Of a stretch of DNA of 64,000 nucleotides, positions 54,845 through 63,154 are shown in pieces. Within the stretch, counting starts at the first letter, position 1. Each line of letters opens with the position of its first letter. The translations under genes and the position numbers were made by a program. The notes below the pieces were generated by a model. The model was not told where the DNA came from, ran no database searches, and saw only the letters and a program-made list of their open reading frames with translations. The stretch spans positions 2,400,001-2,464,000 of the forward strand of contig OZ219856.1 of the NCBI GenBank assembly GCA_964291395.2, read 5' to 3'. Source of the stretch: Alphaproteobacteria bacterium (GTDB lineage: Bacteria > Pseudomonadota > Alphaproteobacteria > UBA2966).

Positions 54845-56323
54845 TCAGGTGCCCGGAACTTCGGCGAGCTTCGGTGTCTCGCCGGGTGCCGGCGTGTAGG
54901 GGTAATTGCCGCGGGACAGCACGGCCTCGAGCCCGCCAAGCGACTCGATACGTGCCTCCTGATCGGCGAAAGCCCGGACGTTCGCAGTATCCGGATCGAC
55001 GACGGCGCGCAATCGCCGGTCGCAATCGGCCACGACGTCCGCATGGTCGGGGTCCGTACCGAGATCGTAGGCCTCGAACGGGTCCGCCTCCAAGTCGAAT
55101 AGTTGCGGTTCGTAACCCGCGTAATGGACATACTTCCACTTTCCGACGCGGATCATGAAGCAGCCGGTGATCGATGTCGCCGCATGGTATTCCACGAGTG
55201 GTGTCCGTTCCGGAACCAAACCTGCGGCGGCATCGAACAGCGAGTGACCAGGCAGTTCGGTCTTTTCCTCCACCGTGGGTTCCTCCCCCACCGCGGCGAT
55301 GGCGGTCGGGTAGATGTCGACCAGGGTCACAGGGTCGGATGCGGTGTGTCCTTCCGGGATATCGGGGCCGGCCATGATCAACGGCACACCGGCGCTCTCT
55401 TCATACATGACAGCCTTGCCCCACAACGTACGTGCGCCGAGGTTATCGCCATGGTCGCTGGTATAGATCACCCTCGTTGAGTCGTTCAGGCCAGTGGCCT
55501 CCAGGGACGTCAGGATCTGACCGATGTTGCCGTCGAGGAACGAGACCATGCCGTAGTAAGCGGCGATGGCCATACGCCGGTGGTCGTCATTGCGGAAGAA
55601 ATCGTCGTAGTTCTGGATTCGCCGGATGGCGTCCAGCACCGGATGCCGGGGCCGCGCCTTCGGCTCGCGCTGAACGGGCCAGGGCATGTCCTCGGGCGCG
55701 TACATGTCGAAGAACTCGTCGGGCGCCACCAAGGGAAAGTGTGGGCAGACGAGCGAGACGAACAGCACCCAGGGTTTGTCCGTGTACTTCGGCGCCTCCT
55801 CCGACAGCCAGCGACAGGCCTCCGCCGTGATGGCCCGGTCGTACTTGGTGTAGGTCGATTCTCCACGGCCCACTTCCTCGGCCAGCAGGCGTACGTTGGG
55901 CCGTTCGACCGGCGGGCTTCGCATCAGGCCGATCGCATCACCGATACCGTCGAGCACATGCATCGGCATAATTTCCTCGTCGAACCCGTTCGGGTCGTTC
56001 GTATCCCGGTAGTGCAGCTTGCCGATCGAGGTCACGCGGTGGCCGCTGGCCATCAACCGGTGACCCCAGCTAGGCACCCGGCCGTCGTAGGGATGCCCGT
56101 TGTCCCAGTAGCGGATCTGGTGGACGTAACGTCCTGTGGCCAACGCCGCCCGCGCCGGCACGCAGATGGGGCAGTTCGTGTAGGCATCGGTGAACCGGGT
56201 GCCCCGCGCCGCCAGCGCATCCATGTTCGGCGTCTTCACGGTCTCGTTGCCATGACAGCCGAGCACGCGCCGATTGTGCTCGTCCGACATGATGATGAGC
56301 AGATTGGTCGGCTGCATCTCCAC
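54845..56323 (-). CDS. Cys-type sulfatase (choline-sulfatase-like), cytoplasmic
   Basis: NLLIIMSDEH, CVPAR (CxPxR), GKLH, YTSDHG; no signal peptide. Confidence 0.92.
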   Translation of the reverse strand: MEMQPTNLLIIMSDEHNRRVLGCHGNETVKTPNMDALAARGTRFTDAYTNCPICVPARAALATGRYVHQIRYWDNGHPYDGRVPSWGHRLMASGHRVTSIGKLHYRDTNDPNGFDEEIMPMHVLDGIGDAIGLMRSPPVERPNVRLLAEEVGRGESTYTKYDRAITAEACRWLSEEAPKYTDKPWVLFVSLVCPHFPLVAPDEFFDMYAPEDMPWPVQREPKARPRHPVLDAIRRIQNYDDFFRNDDHRRMAIAAYYGMVSFLDGNIGQILTSLEATGLNDSTRVIYTSDHGDNLGARTLWGKAVMYEESAGVPLIMAGPDIPEGHTASDPVTLVDIYPTAIAAVGEEPTVEEKTELPGHSLFDAAAGLVPERTPLVEYHAATSITGCFMIRVGKWKYVHYAGYEPQLFDLEADPFEAYDLGTDPDHADVVADCDRRLRAVVDPDTANVRAFADQEARIESLGGLEAVLSRGNYPYTPAPGETPKLAEVPGT

Positions 56324-56353
56324 GGCTCCGCCGCCCGGGCTGCTGGTCCGCAG

Positions 56354-57568
56354 CTACTCCGCCGCTGACCGGATCGCCTTCCCGGCGATCTTGAGATATC
56401 CGTCCCGGGTTTGCGGCACCTTCATGCCGAGGATGGATCCCGCCACCTGGGTGCGCAGGATCTGGGCCGTGCCGCCGCCGATGGTGAACATGCGTGCATC
56501 ACGAAGCATGCGCTCGAGCGGCAGGTTTCTCGAATAGCCGGCAGCGCCGTGGAGTTGCAGTGCATCGTTCGTGACCTTGATCGCCGTCTCCGAAGCGAGG
56601 ATTTTGGCTTGTGCCGCCTCGCACATATCCGGAAAGCCGCCACCTGCGTTCCGCGCCGCTTTGTGGAGCAGGGCACGCGATGCCTCGAGTCCGATGGACA
56701 TATCCGCGAGCATCCATTGCAGGCCTTGGAATTCCGCGATGGGCCGGCCGAACTGATGCCGCTCCTTGACGTAGTTCAAGGCCTGCTCGTAGGCACCCTG
56801 GGCGATACCGAGCGCCATGGTGCCGGCGCCGACACGTTGGCCGTTATAGGCGTTCATCAGGCCGGCGAAGCCCCGGCGCAGGCCTTCCGGCGGGATGACC
56901 ACCATGTCCTCGGCGACTTCCATGTCTTCGAAGACGATCTCCGCCTCCGGGATACCCCGCAAGCCCAGAGTGGGCTCGCGGCGTGGAATTGAGAGACCCG
57001 GAGTCTCGTCGCGCACCGCGATGAATCCTGCAATGCCCTGCGATTGTCCCCTCTCCATGACCCGGGCGAAGACCAAGTGCAGCTTGGAGACACCGCCACC
57101 GGTGATCCAATGCTTCTTCCCATTGATGATGTAACGGTCGCCTTTCTTGACCGCGGTCGTGGTCATCTCGGTGGCGGCGCTGCCCGCGCCCGGCTCGGTG
57201 ATGCAGATGGCCGGCTTGTCCCCGGCGAGGACGATCCCGGCAGCCATCATCTTCTGATTCTCGCTGCCGTATTTCATGATCGCTCCGATGGCGCCCATGT
57301 TGGACTCGACGACGATGCGCCCCGTCACCCCGCAAACCCGCGCCATTTCCTCGATGACGAGAACTGCGTCGAAGTATGTCCTGCCCCTCCCCCCGTATTC
57401 CGGTGGGATGGTCATGCCCATGAAGCCGGCTTTCGTCAGCCGCTCGACGTGATCCCAGGGATATTCTTGAGTCTCGTCGATCTCCGCCGCACGCGGCTGG
57501 ATCTCGGTCTCGGCCAGCTCCCGGGCCCTCGCCTTGAGATCCTGCTCCGCTTTGCTCAGGCTGCTCAT
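56354..57568 (-). CDS. acdA: 3-sulfinopropionyl-CoA desulfinase-like (acyl-CoA dehydrogenase fold)
   Basis: EYPWD, GRIVVESNMGAIGAI, LAGDKPAICITEP, WITGGGVSKLHL, AYNGQRVGAG, MFTIGGGTAQILRTQVA, PQTRDGYLK match my recollection of Advenella AcdDPN7; lacks the IYEGT catalytic Glu. Confidence 0.82.
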   Translation of the reverse strand: MSSLSKAEQDLKARARELAETEIQPRAAEIDETQEYPWDHVERLTKAGFMGMTIPPEYGGRGRTYFDAVLVIEEMARVCGVTGRIVVESNMGAIGAIMKYGSENQKMMAAGIVLAGDKPAICITEPGAGSAATEMTTTAVKKGDRYIINGKKHWITGGGVSKLHLVFARVMERGQSQGIAGFIAVRDETPGLSIPRREPTLGLRGIPEAEIVFEDMEVAEDMVVIPPEGLRRGFAGLMNAYNGQRVGAGTMALGIAQGAYEQALNYVKERHQFGRPIAEFQGLQWMLADMSIGLEASRALLHKAARNAGGGFPDMCEAAQAKILASETAIKVTNDALQLHGAAGYSRNLPLERMLRDARMFTIGGGTAQILRTQVAGSILGMKVPQTRDGYLKIAGKAIRSAAE

Positions 57569-57637
57569 GCGCATAGCTCCCATGGTATCCCACACCGGGC
57601 TACCCGTGACGACCTCAAGATCAATTCGCAGACGGGG

Positions 57638-59038
57638 CTATTCCGCGGCTTCCCGCATGCCACCGTCGAGTTCATCGAGCCGCACCAGGATGTAGCGCCG
57701 ACGCTCCTTCGAGGGTAGCGGATCGGCATCCGCCACGATGTCGTAGACCTTGCGGCCATACTCCTTCATCAGCTTGCGGTCTTTCTCGCGGTCCGGCAGG
57801 CGCGGCACGCGCAGCGTGGTATCGGACCCGAAGGAGTGCAGTGTCTGCTCACCGTCCTCGCTCATGCCCATGGTCGTATCGGGCGGCGTCTTGCCCTCCA
57901 CGAGATCGCGCAGCAGCTTGCGGCACATGTAGACGCCGATGTCGGAGCTGCCGGGGTTCTCCAAGGCATGCACGGCGATCGGCCGCTGGCTGGTGATCGC
58001 GTCCCAGTCTCCGGGCGCCCGCTGGCCGATCTCGTAGGGGCGCTCGCACTGGCCATCGAGGAAGTCGATCTTGTCGTAGCCGCAGCCGTCCTCGCACCCG
58101 TCGCCGTGCAGGTCGATCTCGGCGTTGAAGTGCCGCCAGCCGAAGAGGATGCAGTTGGTGTCGTCTACCGGCGTGTGCCAGCGAGTCATGCAGACCGTTG
58201 TATGCCGCTGTTCGTGGGCGCTGGTCATCAGGTTCGCGTTCTGGATGAGGTCGGGGAAGATCATCTCCGTCATGCGGATCCAGATGGTGTTGTCGTCGAC
58301 GCGTCGCCCGGCAATGAACGTGATGCCGTGGCCGTTGCGCGTCTGCTCCCAGTCCATCACCGGAATGTCCTGGAACATGGCGGGGAAGTTGAGGCCGTCC
58401 TTCATGGCGGCATCGACGCTGTCGACGGTCATGTCGTTGTGCAGCAGCGCCGTGTGGCAGTGGTCCATGATGTTCTCGTAGACCTGCAGCCAGTTGCAGG
58501 GATAGATGTTCGAGAACGCCACGAGCTTGTTGTCCTCGGGGAAGCGGTAGACGTCGTAGTCGGGGAATTCCGGCTTCTCCTCGGGTGGTCCCATGTAGGC
58601 GAACACCAGCCCGTCGCGCTCGAACGCCGGATAGGCCCCGTGATAGACGGTCTCGGAGATCCTGCTGTCCTCGGGCTCCGCCGGCATCTCGAGGATGGTG
58701 CCGTCGATGTCGTAGACCCAGCCGTGGTAGCAGCAGCGGATGCCCTTGGGCTGGATGATGCCGTACTCGAGCGACGTGCCGCGGTGGCTGCAGTGGCGCT
58801 GCAGGACGCCGACGCGGCCCGAGCGGTCGCGGAAGGCGACGAGGTCCTCGCCCAAGATACGGATGGCCTTCGGAACATCCGTCAGTTCCTCCGACAAACA
58901 GACCGGGTGCCAGTGCTTGCGCATGAGCTCACCCATCGGCGTACCCGGACCCGTGCTGGTGAGCAGCGGGTCGGACTCCGGCGCGGCCGTCTTGTGATAG
59001 GCGCCGTAAGGGATTTGGGGGATCTTGACAACGGACAT
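57638..59038 (-). CDS. Rieske non-heme iron oxygenase, paralog B
   Basis: GTPMGELMRKHWHP, CSHRG...CCYHGW, ENIMDHCHTALLH. Confidence 0.92.
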   Translation of the reverse strand: MSVVKIPQIPYGAYHKTAAPESDPLLTSTGPGTPMGELMRKHWHPVCLSEELTDVPKAIRILGEDLVAFRDRSGRVGVLQRHCSHRGTSLEYGIIQPKGIRCCYHGWVYDIDGTILEMPAEPEDSRISETVYHGAYPAFERDGLVFAYMGPPEEKPEFPDYDVYRFPEDNKLVAFSNIYPCNWLQVYENIMDHCHTALLHNDMTVDSVDAAMKDGLNFPAMFQDIPVMDWEQTRNGHGITFIAGRRVDDNTIWIRMTEMIFPDLIQNANLMTSAHEQRHTTVCMTRWHTPVDDTNCILFGWRHFNAEIDLHGDGCEDGCGYDKIDFLDGQCERPYEIGQRAPGDWDAITSQRPIAVHALENPGSSDIGVYMCRKLLRDLVEGKTPPDTTMGMSEDGEQTLHSFGSDTTLRVPRLPDREKDRKLMKEYGRKVYDIVADADPLPSKERRRYILVRLDELDGGMREAAE

Positions 59039-59068
59039 GGCGACGGCTCCCGGACAATACCGGCGGGC

Positions 59069-59096
59069 ATTCTACTGATCGGCCGGATGTTGTGAA
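59069..59096 (-). promoter_or_regulatory. Candidate promoter for Rieske B-acdA-sulfatase unit
   Basis: TTCACA-N16-TAGAAT. Confidence 0.4.
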
Positions 59097-59204
59097 GTCC
59101 GGCAGCGGTGCTGTCCGACACAAACCGCACGGATTCAGATGAAACGATAGATTTTGGGTTTCGTATCGGCGCGAGACTGCCTACATTCCGGACGTTCCCA
59201 CGGC

Positions 59205-59279
59205 GCCGGATTAGCTCAGTGGTAGAGCAGCTGATTTGTAATCAGCAGGCCGGCGGTTCGAATCCGCCATCCGGCTCCA
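59205..59279 (+). tRNA. tRNA-Thr (TGT)
   Basis: GCCGGATTAGCTCAGTGGTAGAGC, GCTGA-TTTGTAA-TCAGC, GGTTCGAATCC, CCA end, 75 nt. Confidence 0.96.
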
Positions 59280-59509
59280 AATTTCTGCTTTATCTCTCGC
59301 CAAGGATTGCCCTTGAACCCGCGAGATGCCTCGTCCAGCACCCGACTCCGAATCCCGTGCCGGAGGCCATGGAAGCCCGAGGGCATACCTTTGCTGTTGC
59401 GGCCGTGCGCGGGTAGTGTCATAGAAACGCGGCATGCATCGCGCCGCAAAGCATGGGAACCAAACGATGAACCGGATGACCGGATACGGCAGAATCGCCC
59501 GTCGCGGCA

Positions 59510-59531
59510 ATTCGATGGTCATTCGATGGTC
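59510..59531 (+). repeat. 11-bp tandem direct repeat ATTCGATGGTC x2
   Basis: Read directly, immediately upstream of the BVMO RBS (TAGGAG). Confidence 0.8.
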
Positions 59532-59552
59532 ATGAGTTAGGAGCGGCGCGAA

Positions 59553-61250
59553 GTGCGCGCCATCCCGATGACGAAAACCCAATCGACCGGCTCCAGGGAC
59601 TCCTCACCCGAATTCGTCGACGTTCTGGTCGTCGGCATGGGTTTCGCCGGGATGTACATCCTCTATTGCCTGCGCGAGCGCGGCCTTACGGCGCGCGCCT
59701 TCGAAGCCGGCGGCGACGTCGGCGGCACCTGGTACTGGAACCGCTATCCCGGGTGCCGCGTCGACGTCGACAGCGTGCAGTACAGCTACAACTTCTCCGA
59801 GGAGCTCACCCGGGAGTGGCAGTGGACCGAGAAGTTCGCCTCCCAGCCAGAGCTTCTGCGCTACGCCATTCACGTCGCCGACCGCTTCGATCTGCGCCGT
59901 GACGCGAAGTTCGACACGCGCGTCATCTCCGCCGAGTTTGACGAGGAGACGAACTTTTGGACGCTAAGGACCGACAAGGGGGACGTCGCCTCGGCTCCCT
60001 ACTGCATCATGGCCACCGGCAGCCTGTCGACGCCGTACAAGCCCCCCTTCCCCGGGATCGAGGATTTCCGTGGCGAGTGGTATCACACCGGCACGTGGCC
60101 GCACGAAGAGGTCGACCTCAGCAGCAAGCGAGTGGGCATAATCGGCACGGGGTCGACGGGGATTCAAGCCATCCCGGTCGTCGCCGCGGAAGCCGAGCAC
60201 CTGACGGTATTCCAGCGGACGCCGCAGTACACCACGCCGGCCCGCAACCGGCCGATGGCTCCCGGTGAACAAGGCGAATTCAACGCGCACCGCACCGAAT
60301 GGCACGACGAAGTCCGGAACACCTTTTCCGCCATGACGGGCTTCCCCATGCCCACCAGGACCATTCACGAAGACACACCAGAAGAACGCCGAACCTATCT
60401 CGAGAAGCGCTGGGAAGAGGGGGGCATGCCCCAGGCCATGCTGGCGGCCTACAAGGACGTCAGGGTCGACGTCGAGGCCAACACCGCCGTGGCGGACTTC
60501 GTGCGCGGCAAGATCCGCGACATCGTCAAGGACCCAGAAGTCGCGGGACGGCTCTGTCCGCCGAGGGACCTGCCGATCGGCTCCAAGCGCCCGCCCATCG
60601 ACACGGACTATTACGAGACCTTCAACCGCGACAACGTCGCCCTGGTCGACATCAAGCGCGCGCCCATCGAGCGCGTGACGGCGGGCGGCATCAAGACCGC
60701 GACCGCCGAGTACGAGCTCGACGCCATCATCTTCGCGACCGGCTTCGACGCCATGACCGGATCGCTGCTCGCGATCGACATCCGGACCAGTCGTGGCGCC
60801 TCTCTGAAGGACGCATGGTCGGACGGGCCGGATACCTATCTCGGCCTGATGGTGGCGGGCCTGCCCAACCTGTTCATGATCAACGGGCCGGGAAGTCCAT
60901 CGGTCAAGGCGAACATGATCATCACCATAGAGCACCACGCCGACTGGATCCTGGACTTGATCGATCACCTCGCCGCGGAAGATTTCAACCGGGTCGAGGC
61001 AACGGAACGAGCCCAGACCGACTGGGTCGAGCACGCCCGCGAAGTCGCGGAGGCGACCCTGATGCCGGTCGCTGATTCCTGGTATGTCGGCGCCAACGTG
61101 CCGGGCAAGAAGAGGGTGTATATGCCCTACTTCGGTGGCTTCGACAGATACCGGAAGCTCTGCGACGAGATCGCCGCCGACGGCTATCGCGGCTTTGTCC
61201 TCTCGCGGGCGGAGACCACCGACACGGCCTCCAGCGCCGCCGCGGAGTAG
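59553..61250 (+). CDS. Type I Baeyer-Villiger monooxygenase
   Basis: GMGFAG, GGTWYWNRYPG, FRGEWYHTGTWP (FxGxxxHxxxWP), GTGSTG, ATGFD. Confidence 0.95.
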   Translation: MRAIPMTKTQSTGSRDSSPEFVDVLVVGMGFAGMYILYCLRERGLTARAFEAGGDVGGTWYWNRYPGCRVDVDSVQYSYNFSEELTREWQWTEKFASQPELLRYAIHVADRFDLRRDAKFDTRVISAEFDEETNFWTLRTDKGDVASAPYCIMATGSLSTPYKPPFPGIEDFRGEWYHTGTWPHEEVDLSSKRVGIIGTGSTGIQAIPVVAAEAEHLTVFQRTPQYTTPARNRPMAPGEQGEFNAHRTEWHDEVRNTFSAMTGFPMPTRTIHEDTPEERRTYLEKRWEEGGMPQAMLAAYKDVRVDVEANTAVADFVRGKIRDIVKDPEVAGRLCPPRDLPIGSKRPPIDTDYYETFNRDNVALVDIKRAPIERVTAGGIKTATAEYELDAIIFATGFDAMTGSLLAIDIRTSRGASLKDAWSDGPDTYLGLMVAGLPNLFMINGPGSPSVKANMIITIEHHADWILDLIDHLAAEDFNRVEATERAQTDWVEHAREVAEATLMPVADSWYVGANVPGKKRVYMPYFGGFDRYRKLCDEIAADGYRGFVLSRAETTDTASSAAAE

Positions 61251-61265
61251 TGCGTCCGTTCCTCG

Positions 61266-61706
61266 TTAGCGCTCCCCCTTGCACACCCCATAGGCCACGA
61301 AGATCGGGTCGCCGCCCCTGCGGGCGGCATAGCCGAATGTGGCCGTGCGCACGTATCTTCCGCTGATGGTGTTGAACGAGAGCTGCCGGAAATCACCCTC
61401 GCACTGCCACAACGCCGGCTCACCGTCATGGTAGGGGATGCGGCACCGGTAGGTCGTGGTGACGGCATCGAACATCGAGACGCCCTTGATCTTCTGCGTG
61501 ACCGTCCCGGTCTGCCAGTCCGTCTCCAGCGTGAAAGTGGCCTTCGGGAGGTCGGCGGCCGCGTAGACGCCGGTCCGCCCCTCGAAACCGCGAATGTCGG
61601 TATCGGCGCAAGCGTAAGTGCCGGCCAGCGCCGGCCGTGTCGCCAGCAGTCCCAAGACGACAGCGACAATGGTGGAAGACTTGCTCACCACAGGCGGCCG
61701 CTTCAT
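61266..61706 (-). CDS. Hypothetical secreted protein (4 Cys)
   Basis: Signal-peptide-like N-terminus ending PALA; TGATG overlap with ychF stop. Confidence 0.6.
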   Translation of the reverse strand: MKRPPVVSKSSTIVAVVLGLLATRPALAGTYACADTDIRGFEGRTGVYAAADLPKATFTLETDWQTGTVTQKIKGVSMFDAVTTTYRCRIPYHDGEPALWQCEGDFRQLSFNTISGRYVRTATFGYAARRGGDPIFVAYGVCKGER

Positions 61707-62752
61707 CAAACGTTGAACAGGAAGCGGGCGACGTCGCCATCCCGCATGACGTACCGCCTGCCCTCGGAACGCAGCCTGCCCGCCTCCTTGATCGCCTTTT
61801 CCGAGCCGAATTCCCCCAGTTCGTCTACGTGATAGCATTGGGCGCGGATGAACCCGCGCTCAATGTCCGAGTGGACGGCACCGCCCGCCTCGGGCGCCGT
61901 GGCGCCCTGGCGGATGATCCACGAACGCACCTCCTTGTCGTTCGCCGTGTAGAACGTCGTCAGCCCAAGAGACTCGTTGAGGGCCCGGGCCAGCGGTCCG
62001 ACGGCAGGCTCCTCCAGCCCCATGGACGCCAGCATCTCGGCCCGCTCATCCTCCGGCAGCTCCGCGATCTCGCTTTCCAGCGCCGCGCAGAGAACCACCA
62101 TGATTCCACCGTCCTCGGCCACGGCCTCCCGAAGCGCCCGGACCGGCGCCCCGCCCCCCCGGAGGTCGTTCTCCGCGACGTTGGCAACGACCAGCCCGGG
62201 TTTAGCCGACAGCAATCCGTAACCCCGCATGGCCCGTTCCTCCGCCGCGCTCCAGTCGCCCGCCGAAACCGGTTGCTCCGCCTCCACGAGGGCCAGCGCC
62301 TTTTCCAACGTATCCCGCCGACGCCCGGCCTCCTCGTCGCCGCCCCGGGCCGCTTTCCGCGCCCGTTCCAGTGAGCTCTCGATGACGCCGAGGTCCGAGA
62401 GAACGAGTTCCAGCTTGAGGTTCGAATAAGCGGACACCGGATCGGCCTTTTCGTCGAAGCAATCGATCACGTGGCAGAGCGCGGCCACCGCTCGGACATG
62501 GGCCAGGATCGCGACATGACCGGCGCCGACACCCGCCGGGATGCCCGGCATGTCGACCAGCTCCAGACGGGCCGGCACGATCCTCCTGGTCGGCACAGAC
62601 CGGGCGATCTCGCGCAGACGCGGATCGGGAATGTCGGCCTGGCCGATGTTGGGGTTGAGGGTGCCGGTCGCGACCGCCACGGTGTGCGCCGTGAGCGCCT
62701 GGAACAGGCACGTCTTCCCGCTTCCCGGAAGTCCGACGATCCCGCATTCCAT
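61706..62752 (-). CDS. ychF: YchF/OLA1-family ATPase, divergent
   Basis: GIVGLPGSGKT, PDPRL, DMPG, NVAE, HSDIERGFIRA, EGRRYVMRDGDV TGS domain. Confidence 0.85.
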   Translation of the reverse strand: MECGIVGLPGSGKTCLFQALTAHTVAVATGTLNPNIGQADIPDPRLREIARSVPTRRIVPARLELVDMPGIPAGVGAGHVAILAHVRAVAALCHVIDCFDEKADPVSAYSNLKLELVLSDLGVIESSLERARKAARGGDEEAGRRRDTLEKALALVEAEQPVSAGDWSAAEERAMRGYGLLSAKPGLVVANVAENDLRGGGAPVRALREAVAEDGGIMVVLCAALESEIAELPEDERAEMLASMGLEEPAVGPLARALNESLGLTTFYTANDKEVRSWIIRQGATAPEAGGAVHSDIERGFIRAQCYHVDELGEFGSEKAIKEAGRLRSEGRRYVMRDGDVARFLFNV

Positions 62753-62963
62753 GAAATTCAGACCCTGTGCGAAATGCTATCCGGTTTCACGACGGCGGAA
62801 CCCCGTTCCCTTCCCGCCTTTCCCGATTCCGGCACGCTGTTTACAAGTACCGGGTTTTCAGTACAAATCTTGCATCCAGTGGGGCTTTGGACGATCCCGG
62901 TCAAATTCGGCGGGATCATCGCTTGTGCTTACCGGTCCGCGATACCCGAGGAGACGACTCGTC

Positions 62964-63152
62964 ATGGCAACCAGCAGTAGCGATTCGGAGACGCCAGCGC
63001 TCCATAGCGGCCGTCGCCCGGACCCGGCGGCGACGTGGATTCCGGTGCCCATCTACCAAACCACCTCGTACCGGTTCAAATCCACCGCGCGCGAGCACGA
63101 CGGGATGCCGTCGCGGCTCCCGGTTCGAGGTCTTCGGCGACGTCGGGTGTAG
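62964..63152 (+). pseudogene. 5' remnant of O-acetylhomoserine sulfhydrylase (MetY/trans-sulfuration family)
   Basis: RBS GAGGAG then MATSSSDSETPALHSGRRPDPAATWIPVPIYQTTSYRF, matching the family N-terminal ET.ALH.G..PDP....VPIYQTTSY.F; similarity lost after about 40 codons, stop at 63152. Confidence 0.75.
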
Positions 63153-63154
63153 AC

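Noticed and set aside
62760-62963. SAM riboswitch ahead of the metY remnant
   Set aside because: I could not find SAM-II/alpha or SAM-SAH consensus elements by eye; an Rfam scan would settle it.
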